Notes: generated by a model from the sequence alone, not told the origin. A DNA stretch of 64,000 bases from an uncultured Chloroflexia bacterium (GCA_963797095.1 CAWCNY010000008.1:64001-128000), one strand, 5' to 3'; shown: positions 1 to 10,435, counted from the first letter of the stretch. Translations and numbers: made by a program.

Positions 1-324
1 ATCTTAAGTGGAGGGGATGTGATCAGAGACCCGAGCGACCGCGCTCGGGCCGCAGCCTCCATGGGGGTGCCCCAGCCCGAACTGGCTGTGCGAGCAAATG
101 CCGTCGTCATGATGCTGGCTGGTGCCGCCCTGGCCCTGGGTATCTTCCCGCGCCGGGCAGCTGCTCTGCTTGCCGGTACGCTGGTACCCACAACGCTTGC
201 TGGGCACCCATTCTGGAAGGAACAGGACCCCCAGAAGCGCAAAGGGCAGCTCGCTCACTTCTTGAAGAATCTCTCTATACTTGGCGGGCTTCTCTTCATC
301 GCCGGCGGTGAGGGCCCCAGCTAG
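1..324 (+). CDS. DoxX family membrane protein (5' partial)
   Basis: Frame is open from base 1 (ILSGGDVIRDP...). Motifs 'LVPTTLAGHPFW' and 'HFLKNLSILGGLL' are typical of DoxX/SURF4. Confidence 0.85.
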   Translation: MLSGGDVIRDPSDRARAAASMGVPQPELAVRANAVVMMLAGAALALGIFPRRAAALLAGTLVPTTLAGHPFWKEQDPQKRKGQLAHFLKNLSILGGLLFIAGGEGPS

Positions 325-419
325 GGCCGCAGGCTAGAGCACATTGCACTTTTTGTGGAACACGCTGCCGATGGGCACAGCGTGTTCCACGCGCGATATG
401 TTCGATATGTTACGGTAGA

Positions 420-1340
420 GTGGCAGCAAGGAGTACATCAATGGCACCATCAAATGCAACATCATCGGAATTGACATTGACTAAGACCGACCTAGACGTT
501 CTGCAGACGATCCCACTTTTTCGAGATCTTCCTGAAAATGACCTGCGGCAACTGTTGGGTTTGCTCGCAGAGCGCACTTTCCAGGCGGGAGAGGAGATCG
601 TTTCGCCAAATCACCCCAACGATGGCCTATCAGCAGGGTATCTTGTGGTCAGTGGGCAGGTGCAGCTATCTTTGCGCGACGAGGACGGACGGTATATTCC
701 CCTCGATATAGTGGAGCCTGGCGAGTATTTCGGCGAACAAGTCCTCGGTACCGGCGAGGCAAGGCAGATGACCGCGAAGGCTCTTACTCCGATCAGGGTG
801 GTAGAACTCGACCGGGACATCTTGTTTGACTTCCTTGATAGTCACCCCGCCGCCGCCAGGCATACAATAATGGGGCTGGCTCGTCGCCTGCGAGAGACCG
901 AGCACGTGCTGCAATACAGGGCCAGCCAGAACCCGAACACCGTTGGTGAGAAGCAGGTGAGCCTGGGGCAGCGCATAGCCGACCGCATAGCCGACTTTAG
1001 CGGAAGCCTTGTCTTTCTGAATATCAACGTGCTGCTGTTTGCAACCTGGATAATCGTCAACCAGCCCGCAAGCCCCCTCAGGTTCGATCCGTTCCCTTTT
1101 TCCTTCCTCACGATGATGGTGTCGCTTGAGGCGATACTCCTCTCGATCTTCGTCCTCATCAGCCAGAATCGCCAGGCAGACAGGGATCGCATCAAGGCAG
1201 ACCTGGACTACCAGGTGAACCTCAAGGCCGAGCTTGAGATAGCCCTTATCCTCAAGCAGCTCACCGAGTTGCAAAATCGAGTGGAGATGGTACAGCAGGA
1301 TCAGGCGCACCTGCGGAGCTCGCTGGGCCATCTGAAGTGA
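420..1340 (+). CDS. cyclic-nucleotide-binding domain + DUF1003 membrane protein
   Basis: N-terminal cNMP fold (IPLF..L, GEYFGE). C-terminal 'FDPFPFSFLTMMVSLEAILLSIFVLISQNRQ' is DUF1003. Confidence 0.85.
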   Translation: MAARSTSMAPSNATSSELTLTKTDLDVLQTIPLFRDLPENDLRQLLGLLAERTFQAGEEIVSPNHPNDGLSAGYLVVSGQVQLSLRDEDGRYIPLDIVEPGEYFGEQVLGTGEARQMTAKALTPIRVVELDRDILFDFLDSHPAAARHTIMGLARRLRETEHVLQYRASQNPNTVGEKQVSLGQRIADRIADFSGSLVFLNINVLLFATWIIVNQPASPLRFDPFPFSFLTMMVSLEAILLSIFVLISQNRQADRDRIKADLDYQVNLKAELEIALILKQLTELQNRVEMVQQDQAHLRSSLGHLK

Positions 1341-2442
1341 GGGCGACCGTCTCCTCAGAGGGGTTCAAATAGTCATGAACAAGCTGGATGGTTGGGCGGG
1401 CCAGCATTCCAATCGTAGAGGCTATCGGTATCCCAAAGAACGCACCCCAGAAGCCGCCCAACTGGCCGAATATGAGGATGGAGGCCGTCGTCACAAGCGG
1501 GTGCATCTTCACCGCTTTCGCCATTATCCGAGGGCTTACCACGTTCAGATATATCCCCTGCATGATAGCGAGTACCAGGAACAGGATCAACGTCTCGTCG
1601 GGCCGGGCAACCAGGCAAACCAGCACCGGCGGAATGTACGCCAGGTAATTACCGACCAACGGAATCATGATAAACAGCCCCGCTAGCAGCGATGCTACGG
1701 CCACATTCGGCAGGCCGAAGGCGAGCATTGCCAGGGCGGTAAGGACTCCGTACGCGAGGGCGGCGAGGAGCTGCCCGCGTACAAAGCTGCCGAAACTCGT
1801 TTCGACCGCCTTGACGAGCAGATTAGCCCTCTCCCGCCACCGCTCAGGCAACGCGGCCAGGGCCTTACCCCCCAACTCACCACCGTCCACCAAGAATGAA
1901 ACTGAGAAGACCAGCACAAGGGAGATGCGGAAAAGCTCGTTCGCGATCCCCCCAACTGCGCCAACTCCGCCTGTGAGCACGAACTGGCCGGCGCTCTCGG
2001 CTGCGTCTCTTATCTTATTCTCTGCCTGCTGTATATCCGAGGGGTTTATGCCTAACGAGGCCAGCGCTCCCTTCGCGGAATCGATGAGGCCGTTCAGCTT
2101 ACCCGTGTACTCGTCAAAGTGGTTGCTGATCTGGGCGGCCTGTTCGGTAATGGCAGGGATAAGCAGATAGACAACCAGAAGCCCCAGTACAGGCCCGATG
2201 ATATACACCAGAGACACCGCTACCCCGAACGGCAGCCCGACCCGTGTGATCCTCAGAACCAGGGGCCTTAGCAGATAAGCGAGGAGCCAGGCGAGGAAGA
2301 AGAGCACAAAAGTGCCCAGGAACTGGGACAGGAAGAGCCAGGCAACGCCTATCAGGTAAGTAACGGCGACGAGGATAAGCAGAGAAAGGAGTATCTGCAC
2401 CCGTCGGAATGAATTCGCGGAGCGAAGAAGCTGCGCTTGCAT
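1261..2442 (-). CDS. AI-2E family transporter
   Basis: Multi-TM protein with 'FVRGQL', 'IPLVG', 'SPRIM...MHP', 'GGFWGAFFGIPIA'. Overlaps the convergent gene by 80 bp. Confidence 0.9.
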   Translation of the reverse strand: MQAQLLRSANSFRRVQILLSLLILVAVTYLIGVAWLFLSQFLGTFVLFFLAWLLAYLLRPLVLRITRVGLPFGVAVSLVYIIGPVLGLLVVYLLIPAITEQAAQISNHFDEYTGKLNGLIDSAKGALASLGINPSDIQQAENKIRDAAESAGQFVLTGGVGAVGGIANELFRISLVLVFSVSFLVDGGELGGKALAALPERWRERANLLVKAVETSFGSFVRGQLLAALAYGVLTALAMLAFGLPNVAVASLLAGLFIMIPLVGNYLAYIPPVLVCLVARPDETLILFLVLAIMQGIYLNVVSPRIMAKAVKMHPLVTTASILIFGQLGGFWGAFFGIPIASTIGMLARPTIQLVHDYLNPSEETVALTSDGPASSAGAPDPAVPSPLDFATR

Positions 2443-2445
2443 ATC

Positions 2446-2715
2446 CTAAACGTCCAGCGCCACCAGGGGCACTTCTGCTTCCTCAAATTGCTTGAGACTG
2501 GGGAAGCACTTCATGCATATGTTGGGCAGGGGCACCGGGTAGAAACCCGACCCCCCGCTTCCGCTCATGCCCCCTACCATATCTGCCCACTCCCCTTCCA
2601 TGCCGCCAGGGCTTTCCCCGCACACTGCAACATCGACCGTCGGGTTATCCTCGTCCACAGCCTGTAGATGGACTCTGTTGTCCGTTGGGTTCACAACTAA
2701 TCTGATCTTTGTCAT
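2446..2715 (-). CDS. small hypothetical protein (89 aa; H...C...CxxC, possible Zn binding)
   Basis: AAGGAG RBS before ATG at 2715. Ends 3 bp before the AI-2E start. Confidence 0.6.
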   Translation of the reverse strand: MTKIRLVVNPTDNRVHLQAVDEDNPTVDVAVCGESPGGMEGEWADMVGGMSGSGGSGFYPVPLPNICMKCFPSLKQFEEAEVPLVALDV

Positions 2716-2809
2716 GGCCGTCTCCTTGTGAGTGGGAGGGGCCGGGGTAAACTCGACCTGTCCAACCCCAGCCCATCCATCAGTTGCTATGGCTGCGCGG
2801 CCGCTTCCT

Positions 2810-3374
2810 TTAGCGCCTGCCTGCAAGGACCTGCTGCACCCGATCCTGCTGCTGGGGGGTCAGGTTTGTGCGAATGATAGTGCCTCCCGTTCCACGGAAG
2901 AAGTTGTCAACCTGGTCGGGGTTGAGAACTCTCTACCAGAGCGAAAATGGCTGAGCTGCCAGGCTTTATATTCTGCGACACCTGATAGACGAAATCCTCA
3001 GACAGGCCGAACTCATCCTTGTCAAAAGATGCGGTCGCCGCCCCTGTCAGGCCGCCAAGGGCCCCGCCACCCATGGCACCCGCCGCGATAGTTCCGGCTG
3101 CGGCGGTTGCGCTCATGCCGCCGGTGAAGGGAGCGAACAGCAGGCCACCAATTACGGTGCCCCAAAGGACCCCCCATCCCGCGCCCTCTCCGGTGGTCAT
3201 CTGGTAGCTGTCCAGAACGTTGAACTTGCCGTTCACATTCCTTTCAACCGCTATCGCATCGTGTAGGTCCACTATCCAGTTGTCGTTGAGACTTCGCAGA
3301 ACGTTCATGGTTTCTTGGGCCTTGTACTCGTCGTCGTAGGCCACTACAATCAAGTCTTCCATCAAGTCTTCCAT
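2810..3374 (-). pseudogene. DUF1269 family protein, one frameshift near the 3' end
   Basis: Gly-zipper 'GAGWGVLWGTVIGGLLF'. Removing one base in the G4 run at 2918-2921 restores 'DQVDNFFRGTGGTIIRTNLTPQQQDRVQQVLAGRR*'. Confidence 0.8.
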
Positions 3375-3879
3375 TGTTTTTCTCCTCTCTTATCTTGTTG
3401 CTAATACCGCTATCGCTGTCGCCTGTCGAACCTAAGTTCTCAGTCCTGGCGCTCAGTACGCCGGTTGCCCTCTGCCGCTGTCGAGCAATTGCTCACCGGC
3501 ATATCCAATGTATGTCCAGTGTAGTCATTTCCCACCCGGCCCGTCATGCCCCAAAAGTGCCAAAAGAGCCAGGTGCGCCGCCAGGCGCGACTGATACTTT
3601 CTAGCCAAAACGCTCGACCCCGTATGTTTCTTGCTTGTCCTGCTCTTTTGATACTGTGGACCATGACGTGCGCTACACCCAGCTTCATATTTAGAGTGGA
3701 ATGAGCATACGGCCACGGCGATAGCGGCTGCTATACGGCACATATGGGCACCGCAAGGCGGGCCTTAGATGAGCCTTAGGTGAGGAGGGTATGCGATAGA
3801 TACGCAGCAGAAAACCTCGGCGCAGCAAGCCCGCGACAGATCAACCGGGCAGCAGCAAAACCAACAGAACCAACACAGC

Positions 3880-4023
3880 AACGCCCGGAGGGCACCCACG
3901 GAGGGCGGAACGAGCAGTGTACCGAAGAGCGCCTGCAACAGGTGCAGCTGGCCGATTTGCTGCAGGGCTATTAATGGACTGGAGTTGGATACAGTGATCT
4001 GCGGCGAGGGGGGCCGAGGTCAC
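3880..4023 (-). pseudogene. DUF3368-type PIN protein, N-terminal fragment
   Basis: 'ITVSNSSPLIALQQIGQLHLLQALFGTLLVPPSV' after a frameshift in G6 at 4008-4013. GTG start overlaps the UPF0175 stop. Similarity is then lost. Confidence 0.7.
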
Positions 4024-4280
4024 AGAGCTCCGCTCCGCGCTCGTTCCTCAGCCCACTCATCTTGAGAGAGGGTAAAGTAGGGTACACCTAACCGCGAGGC
4101 GTAGTGGATGAGTTCCCAGCGGCTTATACCGAGTAGCTCGGCGGCTTTACCGCTGGAGACCACACCCCGGCGGTACAGTTCCAGCACGATCAATTCACGC
4201 GCTGACTGCTGCACGGGTTGATTGAACTGGTGAAGCAAGGCCACAGGGTCTTCCTGCAACTCAATATTAACGCTGGCCAT
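4020..4280 (-). CDS. UPF0175 family antitoxin-like protein
   Basis: 'LELYRRGVVSSGKAAELLGISRWELI' HTH signature, paired with the PIN fragment. Confidence 0.85.
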   Translation of the reverse strand: MASVNIELQEDPVALLHQFNQPVQQSARELIVLELYRRGVVSSGKAAELLGISRWELIHYASRLGVPYFTLSQDEWAEERARSGAL

Positions 4281-4330
4281 CCTGATTCCCCCCATGGCAC
4301 TTCTACCCGGCGGCTTATGCACTGTTTACC

Positions 4331-5152
4331 CTATGCCATGCTCAACAGCTCGTTCGTTTCCGTTTTTGCAGACCTGGAAGCAATTGCGGCCATTGCAGAT
4401 GAATTGAAGCCTTTGACAATCAGCCACACCGCCAGAACCATTTCATGCACAGCGATGGGAAGGATCAGGAGCGCGTACCCGGTCACAGGACTATCGCTGA
4501 ACAAGGCCAACAAGCAAGCCGCCAGCATCAGGACACTTGCAGCAATGCCCCAGCCCGACAGCCACCGGGGAATTAGCCGCGATTGGAAGAACAGGTAGTA
4601 GTACATGACGGCACCCAGGCAGAAGGCGAAGACCCCCACCAGAGAGGCGTGTTCGCGCACGCTCAGCAGCAAATCGCCAATGGCCTGAAACGGAGCAAGA
4701 TCGGCAGCTCCTGCATTTCCTGCATTTGCGATGTGTTGGCTGAGTGTCGCCAGGGACAGCAGGCTCACGACTGCGGCTATGTACATGACCGCCTCGATGG
4801 TCCTGAAGACAACAGATCCAAGGGCCACCCCCGCGTTCCACTTCTTCAACACCGGATAGAGCGAAATGGCTATCCCGACGCTGGAGAAAGCAGCGATGAG
4901 ATATAAGAGCGCTCCGCCGGCCAACTGGCTTGCGTTTGCGGCCACTTTGGTAAGGTAATCTGTACCACTCAGAACAGGTGCAACCGCCGCAGCAGCCAGA
5001 GCTGCGACAGTCGCAATTATGAACAGAACGCCCGTAATGACCGCATTCTTTCTACTTGAATTCATCTGTTTGTCTCCTTCAATTGCTGAGGTGTTGTTGA
5101 TCGAATCTATTCTTTCGTTGGTAGCCATCGCGTTGGTAGTTATCGTAGCCAT
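4331..5152 (-). CDS. DUF4386 membrane protein
   Basis: 'LYPVLKK', 'FRTIEA', 'SRLIPRWLSGWG', 'WLIVKGFN'. Second in-frame start with RBS at 5066. Confidence 0.85.
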   Translation of the reverse strand: MATITTNAMATNERIDSINNTSAIEGDKQMNSSRKNAVITGVLFIIATVAALAAAAVAPVLSGTDYLTKVAANASQLAGGALLYLIAAFSSVGIAISLYPVLKKWNAGVALGSVVFRTIEAVMYIAAVVSLLSLATLSQHIANAGNAGAADLAPFQAIGDLLLSVREHASLVGVFAFCLGAVMYYYLFFQSRLIPRWLSGWGIAASVLMLAACLLALFSDSPVTGYALLILPIAVHEMVLAVWLIVKGFNSSAMAAIASRSAKTETNELLSMA

Positions 5153-5224
5153 TGTCTTTCTCCTTTTTGACTATTTCGTATACTGACGAGTTTCGTTGAT
5201 ACGCATCTGCGTGCTCTACCTGCT

Positions 5225-5491
5225 CTACCTGGCCGGGTCTGACACTCCGGCACCAATGACTGAGATCAGTGGCATTCCTAGATCACGCACTTTTCTCAGC
5301 AAGCCATGTAGCGCCGCCTGATCAACCACCCGGCCTGTTAGAAGCATATCGCCGTTGTCTGCCAGCTTGAGGGCCATACCTTCAAACCAGGCGGCCCACC
5401 GGTTATCAAGGTGTCCCTTGATACGAATCTCATAAAGTCCAGGCTCGTCTTGGACCTCATGGTCCTCGGGCGCTGTGTATGTTTCACTCAT
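5225..5491 (-). CDS. small conserved protein ('YEIRIKGHL...DQAALHGLL' family), copy 1
   Basis: GGAGG RBS. Paralogs at 37370-37627 and 33811-34116. Confidence 0.85.
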   Translation of the reverse strand: MSETYTAPEDHEVQDEPGLYEIRIKGHLDNRWAAWFEGMALKLADNGDMLLTGRVVDQAALHGLLRKVRDLGMPLISVIGAGVSDPAR

Positions 5492-5608
5492 TTTGCGCCT
5501 CCTGCATTTCCCTCATGTAATGGTTCCCTCCAGGACAGCTGAAGCTCCTCGTGGTTGGATTGCTTCTTGCCTTCCGCCAGAGCATACAAACCAATGCAAT
5601 GAGACAGC

Positions 5609-5638
5609 ATCAACACATGTGTTGATTGATGTGTTGAT
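5609..5638 (-). promoter_or_regulatory. palindromic operator ATCAACACATGTGTTGAT plus a third half-site
   Basis: Perfect 18-bp palindrome at 5609-5626 followed by TGATGTGTTGAT. Homologous site at 37745-37774. Confidence 0.65.
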
Positions 5639-5688
5639 CTATGCAACCGGCACGCTGCGAGCGGCGAGGGACGTGTGATGGCAATATA

Positions 5689-5725
5689 AAGCCCCGGCAG
5701 GCGGTACGACAAACCTGCCGGGGCT
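5689..5725 (-). terminator. intrinsic terminator after MalT-like regulator 1
   Basis: AGCCCCGGCAGG/CCTGCCGGGGCT stem followed by T-run on the minus strand. Conserved at 37812-37848. Confidence 0.65.
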
Positions 5726-5790
5726 ACGAGCTGTGTGTGGTGTTATATGGGTGTTATGCGGTTCTTGTTTGCGCGTTCGTTACGGCAACG

Positions 5791-8700
5791 CTATAACAAA
5801 CCGAGATCCTCAGCCCGGCGAACGGCCGCACGGCGGTTGTTCATCCCGAGCTTGGCGTAAATGTTATTGGTGTGAGTCCTCATGGTGTGCAGGGACACCA
5901 TTAATTCACGGGCAATTTCCGGTCCGGTCAATTCGGTCCTGAGCAGCCGCAGCACCTCAAGCTCACGCACGCTCAACGGCTCGACCAAACCCTGTCTGAC
6001 GGGCGTTCCATCCTGACCGTCCTGGCCCCCAGCTTTGCCGGCCTCCCCAATCTCCTGGGTCTCCCCAGTCTCCCCAAAAGCTGCAAGTAGTCGAAGGACA
6101 TAGCTCTGCGCGACCCTGCGTTTGCCGGCCTCTTCCAGCAGCACGGCCATTGGCATGCCTTCGTCCACGAAGATTCGGACGTAGCCCTCCGGCTCGCCCA
6201 GCGCCAGGGCGCGTTCCAGAGGCACAAGAGCCGCATCGATATCACCTTGCATCCGGTGGGCGAGAGAGAGCAACACCAGGATTTCGATGACGCTTCCCAT
6301 CCTATTACCTTCTTCCGCTGCCTGCAGAAGGCGCTCGAGGAGGCGCAGTGCCTCATGAATGGAGCGGTCTGCATGGTCGCCACCACCCCCACGGTGCTCT
6401 GCATGGTCGCCACGCTCGCTACGGTCGATACTGTACTGGGCCAGGAGCAGCCTCGCCAGGGTGATGTGCTCGAACTCGTGCAGGTAGCTCAGCTTGCCGA
6501 GAGCGTCCTCGACAGACAGGCCCTGTTCACGCACCCAGGCCGCTGCTTCACCCAGCATACCCTGCATACCCTGCATACCCTGCCTACCCTGTGTGACCCA
6601 CACCCGTGCCCGGAGTGCCGGTACTGGGCGCACATTTGGAAAGAAGCCACCCACATACAGGCGCTCTGCCTTCTGGAGCGCTTCGAGAGCGCCGTCCAGG
6701 TCTCCCTGGGCCTCCCTTATTCGAGACATGGCAACCCACCAGCGATAAGGGTTTTGCGGTAACCCGATCTGCGCACCCAATTCCTTGCTTCTCAGCAGGT
6801 ACTGCATGGCGGCATTCAGGTCGTTACGCTCACGGTGGATCTCGCTCATTCCTGCGTACATATCTACCGTTCCCCGGAGCACAGGCGCGCCCTGCTGCTC
6901 GGCAAACTGCGCCGCAAGCTGCAATGCCCGCTCATAGGTGCTAGCTGCCTCGCGGAGGCGACCCTGCGCAATCCGTATATCAGCCAGAGCGGTTGTTGGC
7001 CCGCCTGCGTCAGAGGCGTTCTCGGCCTTCCCGGCTTTCTGCACGCTCGCCATGCCCTCGGCAAGAGACCGGTGGGCCACGTCGAGGTCGCCGCTCGCCC
7101 AGGATGCGAGTCCCAGGAGCGCCGCTGCCGCTCCGCGTAGAAAATAGTCGTCCTCAGGTACCAACTCGAGCACCCGCCGGGCGTATGTCACGGTCTCCGG
7201 CACATGGCCCAGAGCCATGGCGTAGCCGGCACGGTACATAGCGATCGCACCCGGAAGACGGCGAAACTCCTTTTCGTCTATGACGACCATCTCGACCATC
7301 TCACCTGCTGAGTCAGCCGATGGCACTTCCGCTTGCTCACGCATAATGAGCGGGGTGCTGTCAGCAGCTTGCGCTGGGCCGCGAACTACGGTCGTGCCCG
7401 GAGTGTTCACGGTGTCCTGGGTGTCCTGGGTGTCCAGCCACCGTTCGGCATCGCGCAATCGAGCCTCAACGCCTTCGAGTTCGCCGCCGGCCAGTAACGC
7501 CCCAGCATAACCAACGCTGAGCACGGGTCTGAAGTGGACCAACTCATCGGGCAGCGCCTTGAACCAGCCCAGCATCGTGGCCTCCTGGCTACTTCTGCGC
7601 ATGGCCGGCACTGCCAACTCGACCAGGTTCGCTGCTCGCTCGAAATCCCTGGCAGCCAGCGCATGGCGGATCGCACTGGCCATGGCATCGGGCGCCGAAC
7701 CGTTATGCTCGTACCACTCGCTCGCGCGCCGGTGCAGTATAGATACCTGATCGGTCGTCTCAGCCGTTTCTGCAATCAAATGGGTATGGAGAACTTCGGC
7801 AAAGAGGTGGTGGTAGCGATACCACTGGCGCTTGTCATCAAGCGGAACGACAAAGAAGTTGCCTCTCTCCAATGCCATCAGCTGTATATTACTTCCTTCC
7901 TGCCCGGTAACGGCATCGCATAGGGAGCCACTTAACCGGTCGAGAATGGAGATCTGCAGCAAGAAGCTGCGGATGTTCTCGGGCTGGTGCTGCAATACCT
8001 CTTCGACCAGATAGTCCACGATGTAACGGTGGTCTCCGGCGAACGCCCGGATGAAGGCGGGGATATCCTGCTCCTCGCGGCCCCGCATGGAGAGTGCTGC
8101 TAATTGCAGCCCGGCAATCCAGCCTTCAGTGCGCCTTTCCAGAGCGCCGATATCGTCTTCCGAAAGGTTCAGACCCATCGCCTGATTGAAAAATGCCGCG
8201 GTTTCAGAGGGGGTGAAGCGCAAGTCGGCGGCTCGCAACTCGGCCAGTTGGCCTCTCGCACGCAGCCGTGCCAGGGGTAGCTGGGGATCCTCACGGCTGG
8301 CGATGACCAGGTGCATGTGTGGCGGCAGATGGTCGAGCACAAAGGTGATGGCCCTGTCAATGGCCGCGTTGTCAATAACATGGTAGTCATCCATGACAAG
8401 CACGGAATCGGCCGAAAGGGTGGCGATTTCATTGAGCAGAGAAGTCAAGACTACTTCCACCTGAGGAGGCTGGGATGACTGGGAGGACTGAAGCATACTC
8501 AACAGTCTTTCTCCCATATCGGGCGCAACGGTCCGTAAAGCAGCCATGAGATATGTCAGAAAGCGTGCAGGATCGCTATCCTCTTCATCCAGCGACAGCC
8601 AGGCCACTTTGCGACCACCGGGGTTGGAAGTCGCCCATGCACTGACCAGGGTGGACTTGCCGGAGCCTGCGGGGGCCGAGATGAGCGTCAGCTTACGGTG

Positions 8701-8799
8701 CAGACCCTCGTTGAGCCGCTCCATTAACCGGGGACGAAGTACCATCTCAGGGAGAGGTGGTGGGATATATAATTTGGTGGACAAGATTGGTGAAGCCAT
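5791..8799 (-). CDS. MalT-like STAND ATPase / TPR / LuxR transcriptional regulator 1
   Basis: 'TKLYIPP', Walker A 'APAGSGKS', 'VMDDYH', 'TEGWIAGLQL', 'WYRYHHLF', C-terminal LuxR HTH. Confidence 0.95.
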   Translation of the reverse strand: MASPILSTKLYIPPPLPEMVLRPRLMERLNEGLHRKLTLISAPAGSGKSTLVSAWATSNPGGRKVAWLSLDEEDSDPARFLTYLMAALRTVAPDMGERLLSMLQSSQSSQPPQVEVVLTSLLNEIATLSADSVLVMDDYHVIDNAAIDRAITFVLDHLPPHMHLVIASREDPQLPLARLRARGQLAELRAADLRFTPSETAAFFNQAMGLNLSEDDIGALERRTEGWIAGLQLAALSMRGREEQDIPAFIRAFAGDHRYIVDYLVEEVLQHQPENIRSFLLQISILDRLSGSLCDAVTGQEGSNIQLMALERGNFFVVPLDDKRQWYRYHHLFAEVLHTHLIAETAETTDQVSILHRRASEWYEHNGSAPDAMASAIRHALAARDFERAANLVELAVPAMRRSSQEATMLGWFKALPDELVHFRPVLSVGYAGALLAGGELEGVEARLRDAERWLDTQDTQDTVNTPGTTVVRGPAQAADSTPLIMREQAEVPSADSAGEMVEMVVIDEKEFRRLPGAIAMYRAGYAMALGHVPETVTYARRVLELVPEDDYFLRGAAAALLGLASWASGDLDVAHRSLAEGMASVQKAGKAENASDAGGPTTALADIRIAQGRLREAASTYERALQLAAQFAEQQGAPVLRGTVDMYAGMSEIHRERNDLNAAMQYLLRSKELGAQIGLPQNPYRWWVAMSRIREAQGDLDGALEALQKAERLYVGGFFPNVRPVPALRARVWVTQGRQGMQGMQGMLGEAAAWVREQGLSVEDALGKLSYLHEFEHITLARLLLAQYSIDRSERGDHAEHRGGGGDHADRSIHEALRLLERLLQAAEEGNRMGSVIEILVLLSLAHRMQGDIDAALVPLERALALGEPEGYVRIFVDEGMPMAVLLEEAGKRRVAQSYVLRLLAAFGETGETQEIGEAGKAGGQDGQDGTPVRQGLVEPLSVRELEVLRLLRTELTGPEIARELMVSLHTMRTHTNNIYAKLGMNNRRAAVRRAEDLGLL

Positions 8800-8950
8800 G
8801 TATCAATTATATACGCATCTATAGCTACCCAAGCTCTGAAGCCCTGCCATTGCTTCAACTGCCTGAGCCTCCGGAGAAATAGGCAAAGGGTAAAGGTGCG
8901 ATCCACGATATCTGCTACGACACGAGAAGTATTACAATACAGCTCAGGTG

Positions 8951-9004
8951 CAATAAAGAGTACAAGGAGCGCACAGTCAATAAAGAGTACAAGGAGCGCA
9001 CAGT
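8951..9004. repeat. 27-bp perfect tandem duplication
   Basis: CAATAAAGAGTACAAGGAGCGCACAGT x2. Confidence 0.9.
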
Positions 9005-9375
9005 ATAGTAAAGACTCTGACTATTGAGCTACCGGACAACATCCACGCGTTTGGCGGGCGTTCCGGCATTCGGGCTTTTTGTTTGGGTTTGACGGCCAGA
9101 CTCCAAAATCTGTCCAAATCATGCGGTCCGCCAAACTCTCGCCAGGCACGTACCGGCTCACTTTTGCAGCCACCCGCATTCCCGGCGAAGCGATAGACGG
9201 TCGCTTCTCGTTTCCAGATCCGATGAATGACCGAGGAATAAGCATGAGGGTAGAGTGATATAAATGCTGATATACGGAGTTTGCATATCACGGAATCTGC
9301 AGTTATGAACGAGGGATATGCCAGGTCTCGAGCACACCGGGCGATTACTCATGGAGGGTACGAAAGGTAAGGGCA

Positions 9376-9630
9376 ATGGAAATCACTCTCACCGGTGACA
9401 TTGAGAAAGCATTGCTAGCTGAGGCCAAAGAGCATGGAACCTCACCGGAACAATTGGCTCTAGATAGCCTGCGCCGCGAATTCGCGTATACTCTGCAGGG
9501 CAACAACTCGTCAGATGGTCTGTCGGCTCAGGGAAGCGACGGAGCTCCGGGGACGCTGGCTGAATATCTCGCTGATTATGTCGGGATTGTGCACAGTCGC
9601 GAGCATGTGCAGGTCGCCCGGCATCGCTGA
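9376..9630 (+). CDS. small hypothetical protein, antitoxin-like (RHH-like N-terminus)
   Basis: 'MEITLTGDIEKALLAEAKEHGTSPEQLALDSLRR'. No toxin follows. Confidence 0.6.
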   Translation: MEITLTGDIEKALLAEAKEHGTSPEQLALDSLRREFAYTLQGNNSSDGLSAQGSDGAPGTLAEYLADYVGIVHSREHVQVARHR

Positions 9631-9650
9631 GAGCGTAGAGATTACACCGC

Positions 9651-10348
9651 ATGGATATCTATATTGCCGACAACTTCCGGCAAACTTACCCACATGCAAG
9701 CATCGGAATACTGGCGATGGAGGGCGTCGATAATCCCCCGGATAGCACCGCGCTTGCTGAGTACGTGCAAGAGTTGGAGGCCGACCTTCGTAGCCGGTGG
9801 GCTGGTGCTGCCAGGGCTGACTTGAACAGGCTTCCTGAATTTGAGGCTTATCGCAACTACTATAAGCGCTTCGACAAGACATACCATGTCCAGGGCAGTT
9901 CGAGTCGGTCGCGCTCAAGGGAAAGACGCTCCGCAGTAGCGGCTCACTCGTCCTGGCGATGTTCGCCGCCGAACTGCACAACCGGCTTCTCACAGCCGGG
10001 CACGATCTTGACGCGATCGAAGGTGGCATCAGGGTCGACGTGGCACGGGGCGGCGAGCAGTACATAGGCCTCGGAGGTCGCGACCTGACCCTGCAAGCAG
10101 GCGATATGCATATGCGGGACGAGGCGGGAATCATTTCCAGCGTGCTGTATGGTCCCGACAATCGGACCCAGGTCAGAGCGAACACCCAGCGTGTGGTCTT
10201 CTGCGTGTACGCACCCGCCGGCATCCAATCAGAGTCGGTCGAGAGCCACCTGGCTGATGTCACACGCAATGTGCGACTTGTTGTGCCAAATGCCTCTGTT
10301 ATTCAGCAGCAAGTCTACCCTTCCACACATCAAGCCGGAGCCCTATAG
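9651..10348 (+). pseudogene. free-standing B3/B4 (PheRS editing-like) domain protein, frameshifted
   Basis: 'AYRNYYKRF..TYHV' joins 'QFESVALKGK...LAMFAAEL...TAGHDLD' if one G is added at 9893-9895. Confidence 0.8.
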
Positions 10349-10435
10349 CTGTTCAACTTTTGGCTATCGACGGAAGTCAACAACCCTGCTGACACCGGCG
10401 ATATCAGGGCAAAACAATCTATCGTGCCTGAAGTG

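Noticed and set aside
9020-9250. Possible riboswitch or T-box upstream of the B3/B4 gene
   Set aside because: Only a weak hairpin and T-run. No T-box or other recognisable consensus.
10376-10395. GTCAACAACCC resembling an IscB/omega-RNA left end
   Set aside because: No continuation of the structure and no IscB/TnpB ORF.
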